This document shows, in pieces, positions 19,972 through 30,994 of a DNA stretch of 62,467 nucleotides. The notes beneath the pieces are model-generated. The model was not told where the DNA came from and searched no databases. It saw only the letters and a list, made by a program, of their open reading frames with translations. A program made the translations under genes and the position numbers. Each line of letters opens with the position of its first letter. Positions within the stretch are counted from its first letter, which is position 1. The stretch is from a virus (lineage: Duplodnaviria > Caudoviricetes), in IMG/VR virus record IMGVR_UViG_3300030012_003842, positions 1 to 62,467 of that record, one strand, 5' to 3'.

Positions 19972-21444
19972 ATGGCAGTAAATATTAGCCCTGGCTTCGA
20001 TTTACAACCTTCGGCTCAACAGGTTCCTGTTGAAACGAATTATATCAAAGATTTTGATTTCTTGAATCAGTATCTACCAGATACTTACGAGAAAGAATTT
20101 GAAAGATATGGTAATAGAAGCATTAGTTCATTCCTACGTATGGTAGGAGCAGAAATGCCTTCTAACTCTGACCTTATTAAATGGGCAGAGCAAGGAAGAT
20201 TGCATATTAAATACAAAGGATGTACTTCAGCAGCAGCTGCAGGTACAGACTCTGGAGCAGTTTGGACAATTCCAAATAACCTTACTAACTTCAATCCTGC
20301 GTTAGCTAACCCTAACACAGCGAGAGATGCGAAGAACGTATTGAGAGTAGGTCAAACTGTAATGATTTCAGACAACACTCCAGGTTCATCGCTAACAAAC
20401 AAAGCGATTATTACAGCTGGACCAACTAACGCAAACCCTAATACATTTACAGTAGCTTATTATGAAGCAGCTGGACAATCTGTAGCAGCGGGTGTAGCAT
20501 GTGATGTCTTCATTTACGGTTCTGAATTTGCAAAAGGAACTGAAGGAATGGTCGGTTCGTTAGAAGCTGATGATTTCATTTTTGACAATAAGCCAATTAT
20601 CTTAAAAGATAAATACTCTGTATCAGGTTCTGATATGGCACAAATTGGCTGGGTTGAAGTAAGTGGAGAAGACGGAGTAAGTGGATACTTATGGTATCTA
20701 AAGTCTGAGCACGATACAAGACTAAGATTTGAAGACTACATGGAAACAGCTTTAGTAGAAGCAGTACCAGCTGAAGCAGCTTCAGGTGCTGGTGACTATT
20801 TACAAGGTACAGGTGCAGCTGCGTCTGTTGCTGGATTAAGTGGTTCTAAAGGTGTATTCTTTGAAGTAGGTGCAAGAGGTAACGTTTATGGTGGTGGTAA
20901 CCCAACAACATTAGCAGACTTCGACAGCATTATTCAAAGATTAGATAAGCAAGGTGCAATCGAAGAAAATGTAATCTTCGTAAACAGAAACTTCTCATTT
21001 GATATTGACGATATGTTATCAACACAAAACTCTTACGGAGGTGGTGGTACATCTTATGGTCTATTTGACAATGATGAAGAAATGGCACTTAACCTTGGTT
21101 TCTCTGGATTTAGAAGAGGTTATGACTTTTATAAGTCTGACTGGAAATACCTAAATGACCCAACTATGAGAGGTGGATTAGTAGCAGGTGGTATCAATGG
21201 ACTATTAGTTCCAGCTGGTTCTACTTCAGTTTATGACCAAATACTTGGTAAAAACGCTAAGAGACCATTCTTACATGTAAGATATAGAGCTTCTGAAGCA
21301 GAAGATAGAAGATATAAAACTTGGATTACTGGCTCAGCTGGTGGAGCAAGAACATCTTCTTTAGATGCGATGGAAGTTAACTTCTTATCTGAAAGAGCAG
21401 TTTGTGTTTTAGGTGCAAACAACTTCTTCTTATTCCAAAACTAA
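19972..21444 (+). CDS. Major capsid protein
   Basis: 490 aa after the scaffold, followed by a strong terminator; KWAEQGRLH and NKPIILKDKYSVSGSD resemble Bacteroidota podophage capsids. Confidence 0.85.
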   Translation: MAVNISPGFDLQPSAQQVPVETNYIKDFDFLNQYLPDTYEKEFERYGNRSISSFLRMVGAEMPSNSDLIKWAEQGRLHIKYKGCTSAAAAGTDSGAVWTIPNNLTNFNPALANPNTARDAKNVLRVGQTVMISDNTPGSSLTNKAIITAGPTNANPNTFTVAYYEAAGQSVAAGVACDVFIYGSEFAKGTEGMVGSLEADDFIFDNKPIILKDKYSVSGSDMAQIGWVEVSGEDGVSGYLWYLKSEHDTRLRFEDYMETALVEAVPAEAASGAGDYLQGTGAAASVAGLSGSKGVFFEVGARGNVYGGGNPTTLADFDSIIQRLDKQGAIEENVIFVNRNFSFDIDDMLSTQNSYGGGGTSYGLFDNDEEMALNLGFSGFRRGYDFYKSDWKYLNDPTMRGGLVAGGINGLLVPAGSTSVYDQILGKNAKRPFLHVRYRASEAEDRRYKTWITGSAGGARTSSLDAMEVNFLSERAVCVLGANNFFLFQN

Positions 21445-21459
21445 TAAGAAGTAAACACT

Positions 21460-21498
21460 AATATTAGGGGAGGTATACTCCTCCCCTGATATTTTTTA
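21460..21498 (+). terminator. Intrinsic terminator after the capsid gene
   Basis: AATATTAGGGGAG/CTCCCCTGATATT stem followed by a T tract. Confidence 0.8.
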
Positions 21499-21522
21499 TT
21501 AATCAAATTAAATTTAAATAAA

Positions 21523-22281
21523 ATGAAAAAAGTAAATAAAGATAAATACGCAGATAAAGCCTATAGATTACTACTTAGGCAAATACCGCTAACTTACATG
21601 TTAGCTTCAAGACACACCAACAGGTCCCCACTATTATGGTTCGATGAAGAAAAAGGAGTCAATAGACCTCTTAGATATGCACGAAATCAAAAGTCTCCAT
21701 TCGAGGATGAGCAAGATGGAAATGCAGTATTAGAACCTGTAATGTTTGAGGATGGTATGTTGTCAGTTCCAAGAACTAATCAATCACTACAAGAGTTTTT
21801 ATACTATCATCCAGCTAATGGAAAAGTGTTTGAAGAAATCAACAATGAAAAAGATGCAGCTGCAGAATTAGCTTTTGTCGAAATGGGATTAGAAGCCCAA
21901 ATTATGGCAAAGAATTTAAAAGGTGATGAGCTTGTTACAGTATGTAGAGTTCTAATGGGAGGTGCAGCTGATAGGCTTACAACCTCTGAATTAAAAAGAG
22001 ATGTATTGTTATATGCGAAAAATAATCCACAAGATTTTATAGAAACAGTTAATGACCCTATGTTAAATCTATATGGAGACGTTGTTCAGTTTTTTAATAA
22101 CACGTGGTTGATTTTGAAAAACAATGGTAAAGATGTATTTTTTAATCTTCCAAAAAACAAAAACAAATTATTATCAGTACCGTTTGGTGAAGACCATTAC
22201 TATATAGTAGCATCTTATTTTCAAGGTGATGACGGAGTTGAAACATATAAGTTACTAAAAAAGAAGCTTAAAAAAGATTAA
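21523..22281 (+). CDS. Hypothetical protein downstream of the capsid gene
   Basis: 252-aa ORF with A-rich leader. Confidence 0.75.
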   Translation: MKKVNKDKYADKAYRLLLRQIPLTYMLASRHTNRSPLLWFDEEKGVNRPLRYARNQKSPFEDEQDGNAVLEPVMFEDGMLSVPRTNQSLQEFLYYHPANGKVFEEINNEKDAAAELAFVEMGLEAQIMAKNLKGDELVTVCRVLMGGAADRLTTSELKRDVLLYAKNNPQDFIETVNDPMLNLYGDVVQFFNNTWLILKNNGKDVFFNLPKNKNKLLSVPFGEDHYYIVASYFQGDDGVETYKLLKKKLKKD

Positions 22282-22291
22282 TAAGGAATCG

Positions 22292-22299
22292 TATCTTTG
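22292..22299 (+). promoter_or_regulatory. Bacteroidota -7 promoter element
   Basis: Intergenic TATCTTTG. Confidence 0.5.
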
Positions 22300-22339
22300 T
22301 ATCGAGAATATTCTCACATAACCCTTAAATTTTTTTACT

Positions 22340-22645
22340 ATGCAAAAGTATTTAAGCATTCCAGTCAAGAACGAGGCTAATCAATTAGTCCTTGTTAACG
22401 ATGTAGCTATTGTTGAACAAGCATCTACATCTGAAGTGGATATTATTTACACTTCGGGTAAAAAATGTACTGTTGCACACGATGTAATGGCTGCAAACAA
22501 CGAAGATGTAAGAAATAAATTCCAAGACTCTATCTTACAAGTATTGACACAAGCTTGGACAAAGCCGTCATTACAAGTAAGTTTAGGTGGGATTGAAGAT
22601 GCAGGTGGAGGAGTTCCTGAAATAACAGGAATTACTTTCTCATAA
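22340..22645 (+). CDS. Hypothetical protein, possibly virion
   Basis: 101-aa ORF with its own promoter element and terminator. Confidence 0.7.
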   Translation: MQKYLSIPVKNEANQLVLVNDVAIVEQASTSEVDIIYTSGKKCTVAHDVMAANNEDVRNKFQDSILQVLTQAWTKPSLQVSLGGIEDAGGGVPEITGITFS

Positions 22646-22668
22646 TAGCATTTATTCCTAAGAAAGAC

Positions 22669-22704
22669 AAGAGGCTGCTAAAAAAAAGTAGCCTCTTTTT
22701 TTTT
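22669..22704 (+). terminator. Intrinsic terminator
   Basis: AAGAGGCTGCT/AGTAGCCTCTT stem followed by a long T run. Confidence 0.8.
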
Positions 22705-22707
22705 GCT

Positions 22708-22715
22708 TATATTTG
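22708..22715 (+). promoter_or_regulatory. Bacteroidota -7 promoter element for the tail operon
   Basis: TATATTTG 15 nt before ATG 22731. Confidence 0.55.
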
Positions 22716-22730
22716 TAAAAAGAATCTCGC

Positions 22731-23693
22731 ATGATAAATTCAGTAAGAAATACAGTATTGGCAATCGCCAATAAAAATAATTATGGGTACATATCCCCAC
22801 AAGATTTTAATTTGTACTGTTTACAAGCTCAAATGGATTTGTTTGAGGATTATTTTTATCAATATAATAATTGGATAAATAGAGAAAATGCAAGAACATC
22901 AGGTACAGGATACGCTGATGTAATCAAAAACTTAGAAGAGGTAATAGATACGTTTTCAGCTACAGCTTATTTAGCACAACCAGTAGCTAACGTAAACAAT
23001 CAATATAATTTACCTGCAGACTATTATTTGATAAATAAAATATTTTATTATCCAACAATAAAAGTTAGCGGAACAACAACAGGAGTAAATGGTTATGAGT
23101 TAATTGATGCGAATCAAACCTTTACAACTTCAGTAGCGGTAGGTGACATAATAACAAATACCACTGACAATACTTCTGCATACATTACAGCCATAACAAA
23201 TAACACTACTTTAGTTATTAGCGAAAACATTATGGCTAACGCAGAAGCGTATAATATATATGACCAGTATAATATTACAGAAGTAGAAAGAGTAAATCAA
23301 AACAAATTGTTTTATTTAACAAGCTCTAATCTTACTTATCCTACCACGCAATATCCTGCTTATGTTTTGGGTGGTGCAAGTTCTAATGTTACACCAGGTG
23401 TATTAGGTAATACCATTTCCGTATATCCTACTACTATAACACAAGGTGGAGCGATACAAGCACAATACATTAGATATCCATTAGCACCTAACTGGACTTT
23501 TTTAACTACGTCTGGTCAAGACCCTATATTTAATCCAGGTGCAGCTGACTATCAAAACTTTGAACTACCAGCTTCTGATGAGCCTAATTTAGTTGCAAAG
23601 ATTTGTCAATACATAGGTATTGAAATTAGAGAAGAACAAGTATATAAATTTGGAGTAGCAGAAGAATTAACAGATACACAAGAAACAAGCTAA
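22731..23693 (+). CDS. Tail ring/adaptor structural protein
   Basis: NKNNYGYISPQDFN N-terminus, YIRYPLAPNW; position in the tail block. Confidence 0.6.
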   Translation: MINSVRNTVLAIANKNNYGYISPQDFNLYCLQAQMDLFEDYFYQYNNWINRENARTSGTGYADVIKNLEEVIDTFSATAYLAQPVANVNNQYNLPADYYLINKIFYYPTIKVSGTTTGVNGYELIDANQTFTTSVAVGDIITNTTDNTSAYITAITNNTTLVISENIMANAEAYNIYDQYNITEVERVNQNKLFYLTSSNLTYPTTQYPAYVLGGASSNVTPGVLGNTISVYPTTITQGGAIQAQYIRYPLAPNWTFLTTSGQDPIFNPGAADYQNFELPASDEPNLVAKICQYIGIEIREEQVYKFGVAEELTDTQETS

Positions 23694-23694
23694 G

Positions 23695-24609
23695 ATGACA
23701 TATATAAATCAATATCAATATTATACAAACAACGGTAACGCTCCTGAAGATGCAAACTGGGGCTCATATCAATACGTGTCTTTACAAGACATTGTAAATA
23801 ATTTTATGTTGATGTATCAAGGTAATCATGAGTTAGTAAATAACATAAACAGGTTTCAAATATTATTTCATGCAAAGCGTGGTATTCAAGAATTGAATTA
23901 CGATGCTATGAAAGAGATAAAGGTTTTACAATTAGATGTAGGTAATAATTCAAGATTTATTCTACCAGCTGACTATGTTAATTGGGTTAGAATATCACAA
24001 TTTAGAAACGGAGTTTTATATCCAATGAGTGAAAACATACAAACTAATTGGAGTTCCGCTTACTTACAAGACAATAATGACAGAATATTATTTGACCAAG
24101 ACGGTAACGCTTTAAGCCCACAGGATTCACAAGTAGATTTGAGCAGAGGAAGAGTAGGAATATATCTTAACAGCAATAGTATGTTTCATAATTGTGAAGG
24201 AACATGTGTTGATGGTTGTTGGTATTTTGATTATTCTGTAGGTGCAAGATTTGGTTTAAACACAGAGACAGCAAATGTAAATCCTACATTTACTATTGAT
24301 AAAAAAGCAGGAGTAATTAATTTTAGTTCTTTAGGAGGAAGTGCTTCTGTGGTATTAGAATATGTTTCAGATGGAATGGAGGGTGGTGACGATTCTAAAA
24401 TTAGTGTAAATAAATTATTTGAAGAATATATATACGCATATATTAAATATTCTATTTTGAATAGCAGATTAGGAGTGCAAGAATATATAGTAAGAAGAGC
24501 ACAAAAAGATAAATCTTCTTTACTACGTAATGCAAAAATAAGATTAAGTAATATACATCCTGGTCGACTCTTAATGAATTTAAGAGGTCAGGATAAATGG
24601 ATAAAGTAG
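23695..24609 (+). CDS. Tail tubular/ring structural protein
   Basis: FILPADYVNWVRIS and VVLEYVSDG motifs; position before the large tail protein. Confidence 0.6.
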   Translation: MTYINQYQYYTNNGNAPEDANWGSYQYVSLQDIVNNFMLMYQGNHELVNNINRFQILFHAKRGIQELNYDAMKEIKVLQLDVGNNSRFILPADYVNWVRISQFRNGVLYPMSENIQTNWSSAYLQDNNDRILFDQDGNALSPQDSQVDLSRGRVGIYLNSNSMFHNCEGTCVDGCWYFDYSVGARFGLNTETANVNPTFTIDKKAGVINFSSLGGSASVVLEYVSDGMEGGDDSKISVNKLFEEYIYAYIKYSILNSRLGVQEYIVRRAQKDKSSLLRNAKIRLSNIHPGRLLMNLRGQDKWIK

Positions 24610-24610
24610 T

Positions 24611-27600
24611 ATGCCAATAGTAACCACAAATTTTATCAGAGGACGTATGAATAAGTCTGTGGATGAAAGACTTCTTCCACCAGGCGAATACGTAGACGCT
24701 ATGAATCTACGATTGGGTTCTACTGAAACAACAGAGGTTGGAGCAGTAGAAAATAGTAGGGGTAATACGCAGTTAACAACTTTAGCTTTTGATGGTCAAA
24801 ATTTATCTTCATCAGCTACCTGTATCGGAGCATATCAAGACAGTGCTAATGAAACATTATATTGGTTTGTACATGACCCTGCTTTTCCTTGTGGTGGTAA
24901 AGTAAACAAACTTGATTTAATTTTATCATACAATACCAATGCAAATACTTTAAGATACCATGTAGTATCTTTTACTGTTTTAAATTTTAATCCTTTACAT
25001 TTAATGACAGCTGTCGAAAAGATAGAAAATTTACTTTTCTTTTCTGACAATTTTAATCCACCAAGAAAAATTAACATTACACAGAGTTATGATTTTCCTG
25101 TAGCATGTATTGACCAAATAGTAGATGAGGATTTAAATGTTATTGTAAAACCACCAGGATACGAGTTTGAACCTGGGGTTACACCTACAGCTGATATACC
25201 ATTACCAGCTCCAACCTTTGTTGGTTTACAATTACCTGGTTCTGAAAATTATATAGAGGATAGGTTTTTATCTTTTGCTTACAGGTATAGATATGAAAAC
25301 AACGAATACAGTGCAACATCATTATTTTCTAATCCTGCTTTTGCTACAAATCCTTTTAAGTTTAGTGTAAAAAATTACAATAACGAAGGAATGCAAAACA
25401 GATTTAATGCTGTTGATATTTCTTTTAACACAGGAAGTGAAAGAGTTTTAGAAGTAGATTTATTATTTAAAGACTCAAGTAATAATAATATATATGTAAT
25501 AGAAAGGTTTAATAAATTAGAACAAGGCTGGGCAGATAATTCTGTACACACTTTTCAGTTTAACAACAGTAAAATATATTCTGTTTTAGGAAGTGATGAG
25601 TTGTTAAGGCTGTATGATAATGTACCTAAAAAAGCTCAAGCATTAACTATTATGGGTAACCGTTTAATTTACGGTAACTATGTGGATGGATACAATATTA
25701 CAAATGAAAATGACCAGGAGATTGCAATAGATTATAGCACTGAGCTGGTATCTAAAAATGTAGGTTTCGAACAGTTGCCTGAACCTTCAATAGCAAATGG
25801 TGACAACTATACAATCGACCCTAACAATACAGTGACTGCAACCAATGCTAAAGCTCAAATAGATTTAACAGACGTGGCTACTAAGTTAAAGAAAAACTCT
25901 GTACTTAGTATTAGTTTATTATTAGAGTCTTCTGAAATAGGAGGAACAACAGGCGAGCCTTGTTTTCAAGACAATATAAATTTTGGTCAGGGCACAATTA
26001 ATTTTGATATAAGTATAACCTTACAACAAGATTATGCAAGTGTTTATGATTTTTCTCAAAGCTCTGATTTTAGAAACGCAATAGGTACGCAACAAGGAGT
26101 TAACTTTCAACCAATGGCAACAGCAAGTCAAGGTGGTTCTCTTACTGATAAGTTCAATAATGATTTAGCTTTACCTTCTATTACTTGTACGTTTACAAAA
26201 GTAATTAGTAGTATTGATAGCTCAACAGCTCAGCAAGGATTTAGAATTACAGCTTCACCAGGTAGTAATATTATTGGATTGCAAACATTAGCAATGAAAT
26301 TCAATAGTGCAGCTGGTGCACCAAACACACCTGCAACAGATTTGTATGAATATTTTAGAGTGGTTTCTGCTGATGTAGTTTTTAGCACAGCTTCATTTAC
26401 AGGTTCATTACATAGTAATAGAGACTTTGCAACTGGTATTGTTTACTTAGATGAATACGGAAGAGCATCGACAGTGTTGACTTCAAACTTTAATACCATA
26501 AGTATACCTACAGCAAACAGTATAACCCTTAACAGTATAAAAGCAACAGTAGAAAACTATGCACCATCATGGGCACAGAGGTATAAGTTTGTAGTTAAAC
26601 CAAGTAAAGGTAATTACGAAACAATATTTTCTAATTTTTATTATTCTGTACAAACATCACAAGTAACTTATTTTAAGTTAGAAGGTGATAATCAAAATAA
26701 AGTAAAAACGGGAGATACATTAATTGTAAAAACAGACGTAGGTGGTCCTATATCAGAAGTTGTTAAAGCAAAAGTTTTAAATGTAGAAGGACAAGCAAGA
26801 GACTTTTTAAATGATGACCAAGGTATGGGTAATAATACAAATCAATTACCTGGGTTATACATGGAAATAAAACCTTCAGGTTTTAATGTCAACATACCTG
26901 ATGATGCAGTGGTTGACAATGGTGAAAAGAAAACAACAGGTACTGGTAATGATGGTACTTGTAAACATGGTGTGGTTTATCCTTTATTTACAACTGATGC
27001 TGGAGTAACAACAAATTATGATATACCAGCTGGTTCAGCTATTGATATCAACATTAGAGTAAGTAGACCAGGAAGAGGAAGTAAGTGTGAAGAATATAAT
27101 TGGAAATGGAACCAAACTTTATTTTCATCAGCTGATTATCCAGACTTTAGAAGATGGTGGATTGGAGACCAAGTAAATGCTTCGAATGCTTCACCTGGTG
27201 AAGTGGCAGCACAAGGAAGTATAGATGTTGTTTTTAAAACAGCTGTAGGTAGTTTCTCAGCAGGCGTGCCTGGTGTTACTTGTACAGATAACAGTGGTGC
27301 AACTATGGGTAATAATACTATCTTTTTTCAATTTGTTCAAGACACTCCTAACGACCCAACATCACCACTTGGTTTAGTTGTGAAAACTAAAAAGCAAGGA
27401 TGTTCAGGTTTCCAACCATTTTCCAGAAGAAGAAATGTTTCAGTTAGATGTGAGATTGTTGTTACAAGAGCTAACACTATGATAGTGTTTGAAACAGAAC
27501 CTGTAGATGCAAGTGCAGGTATATTCTTTGACGCATCAGATTCTTATCCTGTTATAAGAGACGCAACAACTGGTAATTATTTTCATCAAGCTCCAACAGC

Positions 27601-29419
27601 TGATGGAGACCAAAACCAGACTGCTACTCAACCAGCGATTGTAACACTACCATTTATAGATTGTTTTACTTTTGGTAATGGTGTAGAAAGTTTTAAGATT
27701 AAAGATGATTTAGCGGGCAGAGCTTTAAAGATGGGGCAAAGAAGTTTAGCGGTATCAGAGCAAGACTTTAAAGAAGCACATCGTTTCGCTGATTTGACAT
27801 ACAGTGGTGTGTTTAGCACCAATGCAGGAGTAAATAATCTTAATGAATTTAATTTAGGATTAGCAAACTTTAAAGAATTAGAAACAAGTTTTGGTCCAAT
27901 ACAAAAACTTTATGCAAGAGAAACTGATATACTCACATTACAAGAAGATAAAATAAGTTATGTATTGGCTTCGAAAAATTTAATTAGCGATGCCACAGGT
28001 GGCGGTGCTATTGTTTCTTCACCAACAATTTTAGGAACTCAAATTGCAAGAACAGAAGAATATGGAATTAGTTTTAATCCAGAAAGTTTTGCAGTATATG
28101 GAGATAGTTATTATTTCACTGACACAAAAAGAGTAGGAGTAATTAGATTAGTTGGTAATTCTCAGAACGACCAGCTTGAAGTTATATCAGATAAAGGAAT
28201 GCGTTCGTGGTTTAGAGATAATTTTCAATTAGCTTTAGGTACACAAAAATTAGGTGGCTATGACCCTTACATGGATGAATATGTTTTATCTACTAATGAT
28301 AAATTAGTTCCTATACCACCAGTCATATATGAATGTGGTTCAGAGTTTCAAGCTTCATCAACCTCACCTCAAACTTATACTATTGAGTTTGGAACTATAA
28401 TAGGCGACATAGTTGTTGACTTTACAGTAACTGGTTCAGCGACTTTCCAAATAACTTGGAGTGGTAATACAGTTAGTTCAGGTGTTCAAACAAACACAAC
28501 CAGTAGTATTACAATAAGTAAAACTACTAACACACCAACCACAGCTGTGGTTACTGTAACTCCAAGCAGTGGTAGTGCAAGCTGGACAGTGCAACCAAAA
28601 TGTGTACCACCTTTAAATATAACTGTATTTAAATGTGTTATAAATTCTAACATAGATAGTGGTGAGTTGATTCATGTAGAGTATGGCTGGAGCGACAGTC
28701 AAACTATAAGCCCAATAGATACAGACCAAATAACTATGGGCTCTAATCCACAAGTGTTTAGTTATTTCCAAAGTCAAACAGGTGTGCGTTCTGTGGGGGT
28801 TTATCCATACAACGGAGCCAGTTTAAACATGAGGATTAACAAGATGGCTACTGATACTTATGACTATAAGTTTCCAAATGATAATTTTAAATTTTTATCA
28901 ACGAACACTTTGTATGCAAATACAGTTTCAGATGTAAGTACACTGTTAGGTTTAGCTTCTACAATACCAAATGGTTTTGTTACAAATCCAAGTGGTACAA
29001 ATATTAGAGAAGCTACGGTAACACCTGCAACAAACCCTGCATTTACATTACCTACCAATCAACAGTACTTATATTTAATTTATGATTTTAGATTTACAGC
29101 TGCACAAAATTTATGTTACTCTGACACATCAGCTTCTGAAGCATGTTGTGATTGTACAATACCTTGTAATTCATTTCAAGCAAGTACTGTACAAGTAACA
29201 CAAACCGTAGCTTGTAATCAACCATTAAGTCAAACTTATTATTATGCAGGCTCAGGTGGATTAGCGTTGTATGATTTAGTGTATTCAGACGCAGCCTGCG
29301 CTGGTAATGCACCAGGACAAGGTATAAACAATCTACCAGCTGGTTATTATAAGATAACAGGAAATGAGTATATTAGGGTAAATAATTTAGGAATGGTAAT
29401 AGAAAAAGCAAGTTGTTAA
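24611..29419 (+). CDS. Tail stabilization/nozzle-type protein with C-terminal beta-rich and Cys-rich extension
   Basis: MNKSVDERLLPPGEYVDAMN start, FAYRYRYENNEYS, YGISFNPESFA, GGYDPY motifs. Confidence 0.7.
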   Translation: MPIVTTNFIRGRMNKSVDERLLPPGEYVDAMNLRLGSTETTEVGAVENSRGNTQLTTLAFDGQNLSSSATCIGAYQDSANETLYWFVHDPAFPCGGKVNKLDLILSYNTNANTLRYHVVSFTVLNFNPLHLMTAVEKIENLLFFSDNFNPPRKINITQSYDFPVACIDQIVDEDLNVIVKPPGYEFEPGVTPTADIPLPAPTFVGLQLPGSENYIEDRFLSFAYRYRYENNEYSATSLFSNPAFATNPFKFSVKNYNNEGMQNRFNAVDISFNTGSERVLEVDLLFKDSSNNNIYVIERFNKLEQGWADNSVHTFQFNNSKIYSVLGSDELLRLYDNVPKKAQALTIMGNRLIYGNYVDGYNITNENDQEIAIDYSTELVSKNVGFEQLPEPSIANGDNYTIDPNNTVTATNAKAQIDLTDVATKLKKNSVLSISLLLESSEIGGTTGEPCFQDNINFGQGTINFDISITLQQDYASVYDFSQSSDFRNAIGTQQGVNFQPMATASQGGSLTDKFNNDLALPSITCTFTKVISSIDSSTAQQGFRITASPGSNIIGLQTLAMKFNSAAGAPNTPATDLYEYFRVVSADVVFSTASFTGSLHSNRDFATGIVYLDEYGRASTVLTSNFNTISIPTANSITLNSIKATVENYAPSWAQRYKFVVKPSKGNYETIFSNFYYSVQTSQVTYFKLEGDNQNKVKTGDTLIVKTDVGGPISEVVKAKVLNVEGQARDFLNDDQGMGNNTNQLPGLYMEIKPSGFNVNIPDDAVVDNGEKKTTGTGNDGTCKHGVVYPLFTTDAGVTTNYDIPAGSAIDINIRVSRPGRGSKCEEYNWKWNQTLFSSADYPDFRRWWIGDQVNASNASPGEVAAQGSIDVVFKTAVGSFSAGVPGVTCTDNSGATMGNNTIFFQFVQDTPNDPTSPLGLVVKTKKQGCSGFQPFSRRRNVSVRCEIVVTRANTMIVFETEPVDASAGIFFDASDSYPVIRDATTGNYFHQAPTADGDQNQTATQPAIVTLPFIDCFTFGNGVESFKIKDDLAGRALKMGQRSLAVSEQDFKEAHRFADLTYSGVFSTNAGVNNLNEFNLGLANFKELETSFGPIQKLYARETDILTLQEDKISYVLASKNLISDATGGGAIVSSPTILGTQIARTEEYGISFNPESFAVYGDSYYFTDTKRVGVIRLVGNSQNDQLEVISDKGMRSWFRDNFQLALGTQKLGGYDPYMDEYVLSTNDKLVPIPPVIYECGSEFQASSTSPQTYTIEFGTIIGDIVVDFTVTGSATFQITWSGNTVSSGVQTNTTSSITISKTTNTPTTAVVTVTPSSGSASWTVQPKCVPPLNITVFKCVINSNIDSGELIHVEYGWSDSQTISPIDTDQITMGSNPQVFSYFQSQTGVRSVGVYPYNGASLNMRINKMATDTYDYKFPNDNFKFLSTNTLYANTVSDVSTLLGLASTIPNGFVTNPSGTNIREATVTPATNPAFTLPTNQQYLYLIYDFRFTAAQNLCYSDTSASEACCDCTIPCNSFQASTVQVTQTVACNQPLSQTYYYAGSGGLALYDLVYSDAACAGNAPGQGINNLPAGYYKITGNEYIRVNNLGMVIEKASC

Positions 29420-29420
29420 T

Positions 29421-30992
29421 ATGGCAGTAAATTACGGTATATTTTATTTTGATGGTTTGAATTTTTCAAGCGCAATCTCTGTGTACTCAGACGCAGCCCT
29501 AACTTCATTAGCGGCAGACGGTTACTATGCACAAAACGGAATTGTAAGACAACAGCTCAATGGTATATTGCTTAATGCTCAACCATGTACATCCTGTGGT
29601 GTAGATTGTGGTTCTGGTATTAGTGCTTCGTTTGGAGGTAGTGGTTATTTCAACGCTGATATTAATGTAGCAAACAGTGTGGGAGCGGTAGTAATATATG
29701 GCTATCTAACATCTTCAATACCAGATGGTATGCAAGCAACCTTTAACAATGTTACATATAACAAGCTTACATGTTTTAATAATCATAATGGTGTTACGTT
29801 AATTGATTGTAATAGAAATACAAACCTTGATTATTCTGGTGTAAACAATCAACCCGCAACTGGTACAAACTTTACTTTAGTTGGTAATGATGGAGGTTCG
29901 TCAGTGTGTGGAACATACAATAATGTTACTGAATATAATTTAGTTGGAACAAGTTACGTTGCGACTGGAGGTACAAGAAGTATGACTATAGTAAACAATA
30001 TGGTTGGTTGTGCAACAGATAACTCAACACCATTCTCACCTGTATTTACATTAGTAGTTCCTAAAACAGATGTTAGTTTAACAAATGTAAACGTAGAAAT
30101 CTTTGCTCCGTTAAGCAATACAGTATTTTCTTGGGAAATATTATGTCCTACTGCTTTACCAAGCTTTACAGGTTCAGCTTTACAAGACAATACTAATTGT
30201 ACTTCACCAACTACAACTTATTACTTTGCACGAAATGCACAAGGTACAAGCGCGCCATTTACAAAAGATACAAACACCACACCTAACATTGGTAATTTTG
30301 TTTATACTGATGATAGTGGAGCAACTGCTTTGAATAATACTTCAGCCTTGAGATATGTAATAATAAACAGTACCACAGCTCTTGGTATAAGAAACGGAGT
30401 GGTGGTTAGTTCAGCTGCGTGTGCTAATACTGGAGGATTTACAGCATTCCAATCATCATCAAGTACATCTGTAGGTGCAGTTTGTGACGGAGGAACAACA
30501 CCACCAGTAACTCAAACATTCTACCATGATGGTACAGGAGTTGGACCTGGAGGAGTTTATCCTACCAATGGTGATACAGTTTACAGTGACTCAGCTGGTG
30601 CAAGCACTTTATCATCAGGCACATACTTCCTATATTCTTCTGGTGGTAATTCAAACTATATGACAATAGGAGTGGGTGGTTCATGTACGGCAGTAAATTG
30701 TACACCACCGAGCACTGTATTCTTTATGAGTGTAGATGCTAATTCTTGTAATGCCTTCTGTAATTCTAATTATCAAATTAATATTCAAAGGGGTACTACA
30801 AATAATGATGCTTATGCAGATGTTGAAGTGGGAGATACAATAGCAGGTTCATCATTGACACCTGGCTGGTATGCTTACGCAGCTTCAAATACAAACACAA
30901 ACACGGGAACGTTTAAACTAATGCAAGTAGATAGTAATAATCAAATAACAACAATAGCAGTTTGCCAGTCAGGCGCATGTGCTATACCATAA
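29421..30992 (+). CDS. Cys-rich probable tail/adhesion protein
   Basis: Repeated T-Y-Y/F...G-D/N-x-V-Y-S/T-D modules with paired Cys, similar to the end of the upstream protein. Confidence 0.6.
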   Translation: MAVNYGIFYFDGLNFSSAISVYSDAALTSLAADGYYAQNGIVRQQLNGILLNAQPCTSCGVDCGSGISASFGGSGYFNADINVANSVGAVVIYGYLTSSIPDGMQATFNNVTYNKLTCFNNHNGVTLIDCNRNTNLDYSGVNNQPATGTNFTLVGNDGGSSVCGTYNNVTEYNLVGTSYVATGGTRSMTIVNNMVGCATDNSTPFSPVFTLVVPKTDVSLTNVNVEIFAPLSNTVFSWEILCPTALPSFTGSALQDNTNCTSPTTTYYFARNAQGTSAPFTKDTNTTPNIGNFVYTDDSGATALNNTSALRYVIINSTTALGIRNGVVVSSAACANTGGFTAFQSSSSTSVGAVCDGGTTPPVTQTFYHDGTGVGPGGVYPTNGDTVYSDSAGASTLSSGTYFLYSSGGNSNYMTIGVGGSCTAVNCTPPSTVFFMSVDANSCNAFCNSNYQINIQRGTTNNDAYADVEVGDTIAGSSLTPGWYAYAASNTNTNTGTFKLMQVDSNNQITTIAVCQSGACAIP

Positions 30993-30994
30993 TT